NCBI RefSeq assembly: GCF_009914755.1
Contig: NC_060942.1
Origin: the human T2T-CHM13v2.0 reference genome, Homo sapiens
Length of the DNA: 64,000 nucleotides
Direction: 5' to 3' (one strand)
Translations under genes and position numbers: made by a program
The notes under the pieces: generated by a model
The model's database searches: none
What the model saw: the letters and a program-made list of their open reading frames with translations, nothing else
Told to the model about the DNA's origin: nothing
Part shown: piece after piece, positions 1 through 11,890 of the stretch
How positions within the stretch are numbered: position 1 is the stretch's first letter
How the letters are laid out: every line of letters starts with the position of its first letter

Positions 1-289
1 ACCTCTGTGAAGTCTGTCAGGAACCATGAAGATCTGGGAGAGAGGTGGGAGAAGGCAAGGTTGAGAGACCTGAAATCTCTTAAGAACATAAGCCATGTCT
101 GATGCATTGTGATTTTCTTTCCCAGAAGACTTTGAGCTCTCTAAGAGTAAGAAATCATGTGTGTATATATATATATGTTCACAATTCTAGCACTTCATTA
201 TTCATAGTAAGACTTCAAAAAGATCCTTTGGTTAACTGGTTTTGAACTGAAATAATTTGACAAAAATTACTTTGTGTGATATGAAGGAA

Positions 290-885
290 ATATAGAACCA
301 TCCAAAACTGCTAAGCAAGGAATCAATATCAGATTTGCATGTTTAAAAGTTTAGAAGGCCTTGCAGTAGTTCAGTTTAGAAGTTTAGTAGGTCTTGCAGT
401 TGTTCAGCCTAAAGAAGAGGCATCATAAATAAAGCAGTATCAACAGGAGAAGGGAACAGGAGGAAAGGAAGAGTCAAGGATGACTCTTGCATAATTTTGG
501 CTTAACTATTACTTCCGGAGACAGTACAGTGACATGAGTGCGTTCAGTTATGGAAGATGACATGGTCAGTTCACCCAAGTCACATAATACATAAGAAGTC
601 AAAACTGCATCTGGAATTTAGGACTGAAGGCTTACATAGAAATATAGATGTGGGAACCACTTACATTAAAGTTGAAGTGGTTGAAGACAGTTACACAGAT
701 GAACTCAATCACAGAGACTGTTTAGAATGAGAGAAAAGTACCACAAGGGAACAGAAAAAGAATATAGAGGTTAAAGAGTTTGACGGAGAGAGCAGAGACA
801 TATGAATCTGAGAAGCATTTGGGTAGGAGTAAAGGAATAATGTCTCCCAAAGGGAGAACGAGCTTCAAGAAGCAGTAGTGGCCAC
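290..885 (-). mobile_element. L2 LINE fragment, highly diverged
   Basis: Purine-rich stretch with antisense L2-like motifs (ggaagagtcaaggatgactc, aaatatagatgtgggaacc, gatgaactc...gagactgtttagaatgagag). Confidence 0.55.
341..406 (+). repeat. 33-bp tandem duplication (2 diverged copies)
   Basis: gtttaaaagtttagaaggccttgcagtagttca / gtttagaagtttagtaggtcttgcagttgttca. Confidence 0.85.
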
Positions 886-1210
886 TATAGTCATTAGGAT
901 TCCTGGATCAGACAAGAGGAATGGACATCAGCTCATATGACAGAAAAGAAACTTACTGAAATAATCCTAGGTACATCACAGAATCAACAGAAAGCTGATG
1001 AACCAAGCACAGAACACTGAGAGGAGCCAGGGAGACATCGTAATAAGAAAGCACAGTGAAGAGTCTGTCACAGGGTCCCTCTATCTAGGATGCAACCATT
1101 GGCCACACCACTACAGATGCTCGGCATCACCTCTTGTAGGTCCTCGAAACCCAGGCCTGGTACAGCCTTGAATATCATCTCACCTGACCCTCAGCCTTTG
1201 TTTCCCCTGT
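886..1210 (-). mobile_element. Old MLT1-like MaLR LTR fragment
   Basis: tcattaggattcctgg...gaaaagaaacttactgaaata...cacagaatc resembles an antisense MLT1 3' end. Confidence 0.4.
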
Positions 1211-1215
1211 TCAAG

Positions 1216-1646
1216 TGATATGGTTTGGATGTTTTGTCCCCTCTAAATCTCATGTTGAAATGTGATTTCCAATGTTGGAGGTGGACCTAGTGCAAGGTGT
1301 TTGGGTCATGGGAGTGTGGATTCCCCATGAATGCCTTGGTGTCCTCGTGGTAATAAGTGAGTTCTCATTCTATGAGTTCACGTGACATCTAGTTGTTTAA
1401 AAGAGTGTAACCCCCTCCCGCTATCTTCCCCTCTTGCTCCCTCTCTCTTAATTCCTCTTTCACTATGAGGTACACTAGCTCCCTGCTTTTGCCTTCTGCC
1501 TTGATTAGGAGCTTCCTGGTACCTGCGGATGTTGGTACCATGCTTTTCATACAGCCTGCAGAGCTGTGAGCCTAAATGAACCTCTTTCCTTTATAAATTA
1601 CCCAGACTCAGGCATTCCTTTATAGCAATGCAAATGAACTAATACA
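1216..1646 (+). mobile_element. MSTB-type MaLR solo LTR
   Basis: Starts tgatatggtttggatg, ends gaactaataca; perfect 5-bp TSD tcaag at 1211-1215 and 1647-1651. Confidence 0.93.
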
Positions 1647-1759
1647 TCAAGTATCAAATCTAACAGAAATCAAACAGTTTAACACAGTGATGCAAATTAA
1701 TGGTGACCATGTACAAAAAGAAAAGACTTTTTAAATTTTTCTAATGTTGGCTGTAGTTT

Positions 1760-2336
1760 TTAGTTTTATTTATTTATATATTTTAACTTTTCTTTTAGAT
1801 TCAAGAGGTACATGTGCAGGTTTGTTACCTGGGTATATTGCATGATGCTGAGGTTTGAGGTACAAATATTCCCATCTCCCAGATACTGAGTATAGCACCC
1901 AATGGTTAGTTTTTCAACCCTTGCCCCTCTTCCTTCCTACCCCTCTACTAGTTCTCGGTTTCTGTTGTTGCCATCTTTATGTCCATGACTACCCAAAGTT
2001 TAGCTCCCACTTATATGTGGGAACATGTGGTATTTGGTGTATTTGGTTTTCTGTTCCTGCATTCATTCACTTAGGATAATGGCTTCCAGCTGCATCCTTG
2101 TTGCTCCAAAGAACACGATTCCACTCTTTTTTATGGCTGTATAGTATTCCATGGTGTATATGTACCATATTTGCTTTATCTAATCCACTTTTGATGGGCA
2201 CCTAGGTTAATTCCATATATTTGCTATTATGAATAGTGCTGCAGTGAACATGTGAGTACATATGTCTTTTTGGTAGAATTTTTTTTTTCCTTTGGATATA
2301 TACCCAGTAATGTGATTTTGGGGACAAATGGTAGTT
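1760..2336 (-). mobile_element. 5'-truncated L1 3' end (L1PA15/16-like)
   Basis: T-rich tail, then gattcaagaggtacatgtgcaggtttgttacctgggtatattgcatgatgctgagg...ggatatatacccagtaatg. Confidence 0.9.
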
Positions 2337-2404
2337 GTGGAGCTCTCGCTTTTGCTCAGCTTCCCACTATGCAGCTTCATGGATATGTTTTCTACATTAA
2401 GAAT

Positions 2405-2750
2405 AATAATAGCAGCAATTTCTTACAGAATCATGATTATATTCTAGGCCCTATTCTAAACACTTTAGAGATATTAATTTATTTAATTATCACATACACT
2501 CTATGTGATAAGAATATATGTGATACCACATATACTCTATGTGGGTAAGAATTATTATTTTCCATTTGAATAGAGGTTATGCTGAGAGAAGATATGTGAT
2601 ACCACATATACTCTATGTGGGTAAGAATTATTTTCCATTTGAATAGAGGTTATGCTGAGAGATGGAGGAGCTAATCTTGCCAAATTGTCACACTGCTAAA
2701 AAGTAGCAAAGCAAAGATTCACACCCTGGTGGCCAGGTTTCAGAGTTCTT
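2405..2750 (-). mobile_element. MIR SINE with internal duplication
   Basis: Antisense MIR core (attctaaacacttt, attattttccatttgaatagagg, cttgccaaattgtcacactgcta, gattcacaccctgg). Confidence 0.7.
2516..2662 (+). repeat. ~74-bp tandem duplication
   Basis: 2516-2589 and 2592-2662 are identical apart from a 3-bp indel (attattatttt vs attatttt). Confidence 0.95.
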
Positions 2751-3329
2751 CTAAATCAGGGTCATGTTGACTAGCTCATCTAGGTAACAATAGGTATGTT
2801 GATCTGATGAAGCAAGGTGAAGAGAGGCCGAGGGTGGGGGCAGATACTAAAGGGGCCTCCAGAACACATGCTAAATTCCTAGACTAGGAAAACAGTACAA
2901 AGTATGTTCTGAGATACAGGAAAGAAGCCGAGGATGAATGGAGATGCCAAAGTAGGTGTAGGTAAGCAATAAAAGGAGAGTGGCTTTGAGATAGTCCAGT
3001 TCTTGATTTCAATTTTTGCTCAGAATAAGCAAGAACAGCAAATCAAAGAAGGAAGATAAGACCAGAGGCCAGCAGCAAACGATGTCTTTGCAATAAACAT
3101 AGTTTGGAAAACAGCAGAGTTACTTTAGCTAATCTTCTCTTTTAAGGTAATTATGTCCAATTTCAGTCCAACTGAAGGGAAGAGATAATAAATTCTGTTT
3201 TGAAGTTTACTAGTCAGGTTCAATACAAACCCAAGGGTCAAAAGGTAAGAGAGTAGATGATGTTACGGACTGTAGCACTAGATCTGACAAATACCATCAT
3301 CATTATTATAATCACTATTGTAATTGTAA

Positions 3330-3535
3330 TAGCAATCATTTATTGACTTGTTTCTATGCATCAGATCCACTGTTAAATGTTTTACATACATTATCTCAAA
3401 TCATGCTCATAACAACCCCATAAAGTTGGTGCTGTTATTATCCCATTTTATAGACAAGAAAACAGACCTAGAGAGTTAAACTTCCCCAAGGTCAGAGAGT
3501 CAGGAAGGGGTAAGATAGGATTTGAACCTGCTTGA
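3330..3535 (-). mobile_element. MIR SINE
   Basis: catttattga...ctcataacaacccc...ttattatcccattttatagacaagaaaacaga...cccaaggtca...ggatttgaacc. Confidence 0.85.
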
Positions 3536-3789
3536 TGCCAGCCAGGATAGGATAGGATAAACTGAATGGGATAAAACGTAGGAATAAAAGATTAAGAGTT
3601 AGAAAGCAATTAAAGTAAAAGAGCGAGATGACTGAATTACACAAGATTAGCCATGGTCAGAGAACAGAACATTTGAGTTTACTATATATTACGCTTCAAA
3701 TAGTTTTCGGTAACAAGTGTCAAGGTTCATCATGTGAGCAGTAAGTCCATTTGGAGCCCATATACGTGCAACACAGAGCACAATTTTGA

Positions 3790-4057
3790 ATATGGATATA
3801 TGATTCTTCTTTTTATCTTCTGGCCAGAGAGATCTGGGAGACATTTCCCAAGACTCCTCAGAAGTTCACATGGAGTTAAGCATCAGTCACTGTAGTGGTG
3901 ACCAACTCAGCAACACAGCTGTGTGTTGTCTTTTCCTTCTCACATGTTTCTCTCCTCTGCCCTTTCCTCCTGCTTTCTGGGACCGCTTCCCAAATAAACC
4001 TACATGCAAGGCTCTACCTTGTCTCAAGCTCTGCTTGCGGGAGAACCTAGACTAAGA
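3790..4057 (+). mobile_element. LTR16-type ERVL LTR (3' half)
   Basis: cccaaataaacctacatgca...ttgtctcaagctctgcttgcgggagaacctagactaaga is typical of an LTR16 3' end. Confidence 0.75.
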
Positions 4058-4074
4058 AAATGGGAAATACCCTG

Positions 4075-4514
4075 GAAAACAGACTTTTATGATGAAATGC
4101 TTCTTTCTGGAAATAAGCAGCTGAAAGAGAGAGAGAGAGAGAGACCAAGGAATTGGCTCCTTCATTTGTGCGAACTGGTGAGGCTGAAAATTCAATAAGA
4201 GTTGATGTTATAGCCTTGTAGTTGTTGTTGTACTGTTGAATCTGAATTCCCCAGGGCAGCATGCCAGAAACTCAGGCAGAATTTATATGAGAATTCCTTC
4301 TATTTACTAAGGGAAGTGCAGTCTTTGTCCTTAAGGCCTTGAACTCATCGGATGAGGCCCACTCACATTATGGTGAGTAATTTCTTTACTCAAAGTTTAC
4401 TGACTAATACCATCTAAAAAATACCTTTAGAGTAACATCTAGACTGGTGTTTGACCTGTCACCACAGCTGACACCATAGCCTAGCCAAGTTAACACATCA
4501 GATTAACCAACACA
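4075..4514 (-). mobile_element. MLT2 (ERVL) LTR
   Basis: (GA)n tract, ggatgaggcccactcacattatgg, ends ctagccaagttaacacatcagattaaccaacaca (reverse of the MLT2 start). Confidence 0.85.
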
Positions 4515-5915
4515 GGTCTCAAGCCAGACTTATGGAGAAATGCAATCCCTGTACTGGAAAGAACTAGCTTAAACACAAAGAGATTACAAGTGTTAGTCCA
4601 TTTGTACTGGCAGGAATTATTGGATCACATGTGGGCATTGGCGTTGGACTAGCGAGCTTAGAATATAAAACTGGGTAAGGGAGAATTTCTTTTTATGAGC
4701 TCACTCTAGTGTAACTCAAAATTGAATGTCTCAGCAAGAACACTTGGAGCCAGTCCTAATACACTGATGAGAGTGTTTCTCAAAATTTAGACATGGAAAT
4801 TGTCTACAGTAAGTGAATTGGAGATGTTGGGGGATCTGAGATGTTCCAAGAAGGTTTGGGAAGTGGGAATATTTAAATGATTTATTATGTGACATGGTAG
4901 AACCCATGATCTGATTATGTTCCTTGAGAGGGCCTAGAGAGCACTATTTAAACTAAGGAAATGAAGAGTGCCCTGGTGCAGGGACACTGCATCTTTGAGG
5001 AGACTGAGTGGTTGTCATCTATAGGCTGGAGTGGACAGTGCCACTCTCTCTACTGACAATGGGGATAATGAGATTCTAGAATGGCAAAGGCCATACATGT
5101 TTGGCATAGTCGTTATAATGAGTATCAAGGCTACAGTAGTCATTAAGGTGTCTGGACCTATCTGTATCTGTGGTGATGGTTAACAAATTATGGTGTTCTG
5201 AGGGTTGAGATGGATGATCACCCATCAGAGTATGACTTTATCAAGAAGTGGTGAGCAGAGGGCGTATAGTCACCACAGTTCTTCATCCAGTTCCCAGATG
5301 TCAGGGAGCTTACAGACCCAGAGGCCATCAATTGAAGGGTAAATTGGGTCTCCTTGAGGAAAGACCCTGTAATGTAACTCAGACCTTCCATCATGATTTG
5401 GCCTCATAAAATCCACCAGGACAAAGGGCCAAGTGGAATAAGAAAAATGTATTAGATGATAGAAACTATACATATGGGATTAAGCCCAAGAAGTTCCACA
5501 AGGTTATCTGGTCAGATAACCCAGACACCCATGACACTTATTTCTTCTGTATTCACGTCTCTTCTTTAACTAACATATATAACCTCATAGGGATTAATTC
5601 TGATCAACTGATCAACAAGTAGGGGGAAAAACACCTTCCCACGGCTCATTAATGAGTTGGTTCACCATGTTGAGGTAGCTGTAAGTGGACTGCTGCCATA
5701 TTATTGCCCCACTTAAGGGCAGCCCTTGATATAGTGGAAAAGGGAAATTCTCCCAATGGGTAAAGCCAAGAGCAGTAAACTGGTTTGCCACTTTGTATGG
5801 TGAAAGAAGTGGGCCGAATCACAGATATTTATGAACTCCTGGATAGTGATGAATGGCTAGGCTGGTTGGTCAGGGTCCTGAAAGAAACGAGATTAGAAGA
5901 TTTGGGAAATCAGAG
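4515..5915 (+). mobile_element. ERVL internal remnant (HERV16/ERV3-16A3-like): decayed gag and RNase H, internally deleted
   Basis: gag-like codons (ARTLGASPNTL; ...DYVP*EGLE...) at 4600-5040; RNase H-like codons (KWTAA, SGKGKFSQW, NG*AGWSG) at 5640-5905. Confidence 0.75.
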
Positions 5916-7189
5916 ATGAAGAGGGGTGGTGGTGGTAATAGCAGTGGTGAAAACAATGACATTTAAACCCATCTGCTAATACTAGTTCCATCACATCAGC
6001 TAAACAGTGATAAACAGTCAGCCTTTCACCTTTCTTCCCCCTTTCCCTATTGTCTATAAGCTTTCTCCATCTGGAAAGCAGTATTGCTTATACAACCTTA
6101 AAGAGTCAAAGAGGACATTTAATTCTGTAGGGTTGTGTTGTAGTCAGTAAAGGGCCAATAAATGAGTTTTCTGATCTAAGAAGCACACTTTGAATCCCTC
6201 CATCCTCTGCTGCAGAACACAGTAGTTTACTTGGTAGTTTCTAAGTCTGTTAATATTTGCATGAATAGTTGGTGGGCTTAAAATATTTAATTATCCAATT
6301 CAGGCACAAGCTGTGACATTCAATTTATTACTTTGTATTTATCAGAAAATGTTTGCAATTTTCTTCCTATAGATTCTGCAAGTATTTTATTTGGGTTATT
6401 CCTAATTTTATTGTATATTATTGTTGTTGTTGCCAATAAGATCTCTTTCAGCAAGTTTACTACATTTATTTATTTGGATTGTGCCCTGAATAAGGAAGGT
6501 ACATGGGGAGTGGTGAGTAAGAGATGAAATCCGGCTATGGTCCTCTCACACCGAGCTGTGTGTCCTAACATGAAGCTGTGTCTACAGATGAAAGTGCTTC
6601 TCTTTCTATTTCCCACAGAGGCACTTCCTGGATACAGTGTTCTCTGTGTGTGTGTGGGCAGGGGTCTTGGTGGTGTTTTAATCTGGTAATGTTTGTATTT
6701 TAAAATATGTTGATTTATATGTATTTCTCTTCCTTTTCATCTATTTTAACAATATTTTAAATTATTCTTCCTCCACTAAAACCTAGCACACTTGCTTGGG
6801 GCAAAGGTCCACTTGGAGACCGAAATATTAGCTAGCGCTGCTTAGTTTCTAAGTATCAACATTTTGATCCATCCAGACCTTGTACTTATGCTTAACAATA
6901 TCTTAAGGGTTATATGCAAAACCTTATAAAGAAGGCAAAATGATTTATTAGGAATGACTAAACTTGCATCCTGTAATTGGAACTGTAGTCATGAAGGGTG
7001 GTGGTGGTGGTAATAGCAGTGGTAAATACAAACAAAAATATTTTATATAAATATTTCTATGAAATAAATTATAAAGCTTTTTCACAAAGGTTTCTGGGAA
7101 ACACTGATAAACAGCCCTCTAATTGTCTATTAATTGTCTAATTGTCTATGAATTTCATGCCCTGTAGTGTGTTGATTAAAAAGTTGTGT

Positions 7190-7355
7190 GCAGACAACAA
7201 TTTTTCTCTACTCCTTTTCCAATCCTTTTATATTGTCTATCTCTTTTTCTGTCTTAGCTCTTACTTCACTTGTCAGAATAATGTTAAGTAACAGTGAGAT
7301 TAAGCGTTTTTCTTTCCTTTCTGATTTTCCCCGGAACATTCATGTTTCACCTGTA
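7190..7355 (-). mobile_element. Old L1M ORF2 fragment
   Basis: tcagaataatgttaagtaacagtgagattaagcg...ttcctttctgattttc...atgtttcacc. Confidence 0.55.
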
Positions 7356-7651
7356 AGTACTTTCTGCTCTACTCTGGCATGCTGTACCTGGAACTGGTCT
7401 TCACACACATCATTGCCCCAGTAAGCAGCAAAATCCCAGAAATGAGCAAAGGTTCTGTCTCTGGCATTGCCAGGGACTGATGTCTCTGCCATTTACCATC
7501 ATCACTGGCTCTATGTGCCCAGCTCAGGACTCCTATTGTACCTCTATCATTTAGGTTACAACTCTCAAGCCATCCCCTGAACTCTTGACTTTACTGCTGT
7601 CATGCATCACACAAGCTGTCATCCTCCTCCCGTCTCTGAGGTCAACCAAGG

Positions 7652-7925
7652 CCTGAGAGTGGTTAAGAGTGCTACACTGTGCTCTAGATCTGGTGGTCTT
7701 TCTTCGCATCCTGGTTCTGCCATCATGGTTCTACTTAACTGTGTAAATTTAGGCAAGTAAATCAAGAAGACTGGGCCTCGGTTTTCTTGTCTATATAAGG
7801 ACATAATAATAGTCCCTACCTAATAGATTCTTGTGAGGCTTAAATAATAATAGGTAAATAATTATGCAAAAGACCGTACACAGTTAGTGTGTGACATGTA
7901 GCATATTCCCAATATATATTATTTA
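7652..7925 (+). mobile_element. MIR SINE
   Basis: gtggttaagagtgc...aggcaagtaaat...cctcggttttcttgtctata...aataatagtccctacctaatagattcttgtgagg. Confidence 0.85.
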
Positions 7926-9084
7926 CCAAACTGGAATAAGAGAAAGTGGTCCCATCCATTCCAAAATTATTACAACCTGTAGCTGGCTTTCCATGAGGTT
8001 GATAGTTTTGCCAGAACCTGCCTGTCACAGGGTTTCCTGAAACTCACCACCTGGAATTCCTGGGCCTTTCTTTCCCTGTGTGTCGGTGTGCAGTCTTTTA
8101 CAGTCCTAACAATTTACTGATCAAAATACCACCTTACAGAAATATATAGGCCTATCAGGCCTCACTGGACTTTTAAAGAGGTGAGAGTGGATGGTAGGAA
8201 CTAGAAAGCAAAAACAGCAAAACAAAGCCTTATAATATTAAAAATACTTCTTAAAACCTCAGAATTTGCCCAACCACATGCCAGGGATTTCCTAGTGACT
8301 TTTGTTGTTCTCAGGCTCTGGCCCATGCACTAAATTTTGAATTTTTTTCTCTTTTTTTGTTCTTTTCTATTTAGGCTCTGCCCTTTTGTCTATTCTCCTC
8401 TAAATTCCGTGGGTATTTCTAATATAGAGTGGTTAGTGGTTTGCTTTCTTATCTCCCTACAGGCCTTGCTTCTTAAGTCTTTACCTGATGTCACAGGCTT
8501 AGCAAGGTATTTTCCTAGAAAATGGCATTTCCCTACTAATGCAAATCTCTGGTGCTGAATGCAAAGAAAACCTCACTACGGCTGTCAATCAACTGTAGGG
8601 TCCCTGATCAGAAAATCATACAAGGATGAGGTTGTCTGTCAGGCTGGGAAAACTTTGTCAGTGTTAAGATAATGTACTCTCTTCCTAGATGTAAAAAATA
8701 ACAATAATTTTATTAGGAGTAGCTGCTAAATTGTGTTAAATGAATATCTTCTGAAATCATATTTTTATATGATTTTATAATATAAATCATAAATTTTATG
8801 TTTTAGACATTTTACACATGTCTAAAAGAGATTCAGCTTTTTTTTTTTTTTTTACAAAAATCCAACTTCTTCTTTTCACAGTTCTCTCATGCCTTCTTTC
8901 AGTTGATTACTATGCCTATGTGTCTTTTTATTTATGTTTGGGTAGAAAAGCCAATGGTTCCTGAAGCTTAGTGAAAATAATATTCTTTATTGCCCTAAAT
9001 CCATGACAAAAAAACGTACTCAAGTGTCACACCAAGTTTTTAGGTAGGTACACATAACTGGTCCATTGGCTTAAACACAACAAA

Positions 9085-9320
9085 TAATAAGTAACATTTA
9101 TACAACTTTAACGTGTTCTTCGTACTGTTCTAAGTGTTTCACGTATGTTAATTATTTGCTTCTCACAACAATCCTATGACATAGATGCTATTATTATTCT
9201 TTTTTAAAGATAACAAACCTAAGGCATAAAGTGACTGTCTAAAGGTGTGTAGCTAATACGTGATAGAGGCAGAATTTGAATCCGGGTAGTCTGTCTTTAA
9301 TCACTGAACTAAACTTCCTC
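9085..9320 (-). mobile_element. MIR SINE
   Basis: actgttctaagtgtttcacgtatgtt...ctcacaacaatcctatga...gcagaatttgaatccgggtagtctg. Confidence 0.85.
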
Positions 9321-9659
9321 TCTATCAAAAAGAGGAGCAGTTGATGGAGAACATATTTCTAGAGCACTCTTAAAGTTAAAATACCCCTGGCAGAGGGACT
9401 TACTGTAAAGTGATATAGTTATCCTCTAGAAGGATGAGAATAAATAGGGTCTAACCTGAAGGGCATATTGGGTGGAGAGTGAGTCCGGGGGAGGAGCTGA
9501 TAAGAAAAGAAGTGAAATGGCAAGAAAATAAAGAGTTTAATGTTTTGGTTCTACCCATATATTTCTACCACCCTTGACAGGTTACAATAAACATTCTATT
9601 TCTGCCTTTACTACATTTGTCTTACATTTTCCTTTTTCTACTCCCTGATAATTTGGACA

Positions 9660-9852
9660 AGCGTTTCTCAGAACAGCAAGTGGTTACAAGCATTGGGAAA
9701 CATGAGGTGCTTGATAAACCTGAAATTCCTGATCTCATTCCAGACCAGAAGAATCTGTCCTGGGATATGGGGGAAGGGGAGAGATGAAGGAAACTGCATG
9801 TTTAGCAAACACCACAGGTAACATTTATGCTCACTAAAGTTTGCAAACTTTT
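9660..9852. mobile_element. MER5 (hAT-Charlie) fragment
   Basis: gtgcttgataaacctgaaattcctg...ctgcatgtttagcaaacaccacaggtaacatttatgctcactaaagtttg. Confidence 0.65.
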
Positions 9853-11729
9853 CTGCCAAGCGAATCTTTACAACTTTTCTGCAAGTGAATCTTCTGATAG
9901 TGGTTTATAGTCATGAAATAATTGCAAAGTGCTTCTCTTTACCTAGATTCTAAAGGCCTGGGTACCAAAACACAAACATAAATAATGAGCTTGTTTACCT
10001 TAGAGCTCCATTTTTCCTTTGATGTGACAAACAAGTAGGTTGGAAAACAAAAATCAGTCTCTTTTCCTGCTAAGGAAAACCAAAGTTATACCTCAAACAG
10101 ATTGGTATAACGAACTCAACGCTAATAAATCTATATGCAGAGAACTTTACAAAATAAAAAATCCATTAAGCCACTCTCGTAATATATTTTGCTTGTATTT
10201 CTAGGTGCGCTAAAGTATCTTTCTTTATTTATATAAGAAATATTCTTGTAAGCATGTCACTATTCACCCTTATAATCAAGTATTTTGTTTTTGAAGTAGG
10301 CATTATGGGTTAAAATACATTTTAATGCCACATGATGAAAATGTTCATTGCATAATATCAGTTGTTAGGTTAAGTGATATGTTAGAACGTTACTGCTTAT
10401 CACAGCAACAGGAACCTTCAGATCATTCAAAATATAATGGAGCCAGAAAAAATGATGCCCTAATTCTGTAAGTTGATGGGAATTAAGGAAGAGAGACAAA
10501 TTGAATAGTAAAAGTATTTTTTCACAATGAATTTTATAATTTTATACCTTTTTATTGTATAAAATGTTATTTATTTTGTAAAGTAAATTTCAACTTCCCT
10601 GTTCTTTAGTTTAACATAAAAAGATAACTAGAATTCCTTTTAAGCTTTGCAAGTTTTAAGGTGATAAAGTAAAACTAGACAAGATTCTATTCATTTGGCA
10701 TTATCAAATCTGGAATCATTTTGGATAAATTTGCTGACAAATTTAGAGTCTTCTTCTGTTTGGTAGTTGGCTCTCAGAAGGCATATAATTGAACAAGCTT
10801 CTACCTGTATTATTACTGCTTATCCCAATTCAGAATATGATTCAGTCTATCTGTGCATGTAGAACAAGTTTTAGTGCCTTGTTAAGTAATCATCACACAG
10901 AGTGGTTCTCACTATGGACTGACAAAACATTTGCTGATCCACAATAATGAAAGTCATTAGAAGATACCAGGAAGTGGATGTTTCAAGCCCATATCCTCCT
11001 ATGGTGTTGAGAGCATTGTTTAGGACCCCAAGGACACAATCCCACAGTCTGTTCTGTACAATAATAATTTATGCCATCAAATCATCTTTCATCAGAGATC
11101 TCAAAGGGATTCTGCAAACACTAATTTCACCTTTTCCTGAGGTATGTAGAAATAGTAATTCCAGAGGACCAGGCAAAGAGCTAGAGAATAGTCTTGACTT
11201 GTTCAACTCCTGAGTGAATGGGAGGCTGAAAGTGAACCAGCCTTAGGAATGGCAGGCATGACACTGTCCAGGACTGAACTTCATCTCCACTATTGTCCTG
11301 AGAGAGTTACAGAAAGCCTCTTTTGTTTGGAATTTTCTCAGGAACCCAAGTGAATTTGGGTGGAAATGTGTCCCTTATGAAAAGGAGAACATTTCTTGAG
11401 TGGAAGTTGTTATAAGATGATACTTTCTCACACTATACATAGAGACAGGGGCCATGAGAGTTACAAACAAAAGATGAAGTGACTTGATCATGTCCTTAAG
11501 TTACGGTGCTCCTAGCTAGAACTACTCAGGGGCCTTTAGTTATGATGACAACAGGTCCAAGTATTCCCAGTCTCAGGTTACACCTTTTGTTGGAACAAAA
11601 TTACATTGGTCTCTGTCACTCTCAAAAGTGTTCTGGACTGGGTGAGAATATATAAGATCACCTTAACTGAAGTGCATAGTTCTACACTTAGAGACTTCTT
11701 TAAAAGGAAGAAAATAACCACAGTGAGTG

Positions 11730-11890
11730 AAGAGGAAATGCTCCACTTATCCTCAGGTTTCTCATAACGAATACAGACAATGACATTCACCTCGCAGTGT
11801 TGTTATGAGGATTAGATGCAGTGATGCGTGGAGTGTCTCCAACTCCCACTCCTCAAAAAGTGCCTGGAATGTGGCAAACTCTCAAGAAGT
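11730..11890 (+). mobile_element. MIR fragment
   Basis: cctcaggtttctcat...cacctcgcagtgttgttatgaggattagatg...aagtgcctggaatgtgg. Confidence 0.65.

Noticed and set aside
8440-8512. Acceptor (ctccctacAG) with a weak donor as a small exon
   Set aside because: Weak donor and no coding signal; such motifs are frequent in AT-rich DNA.
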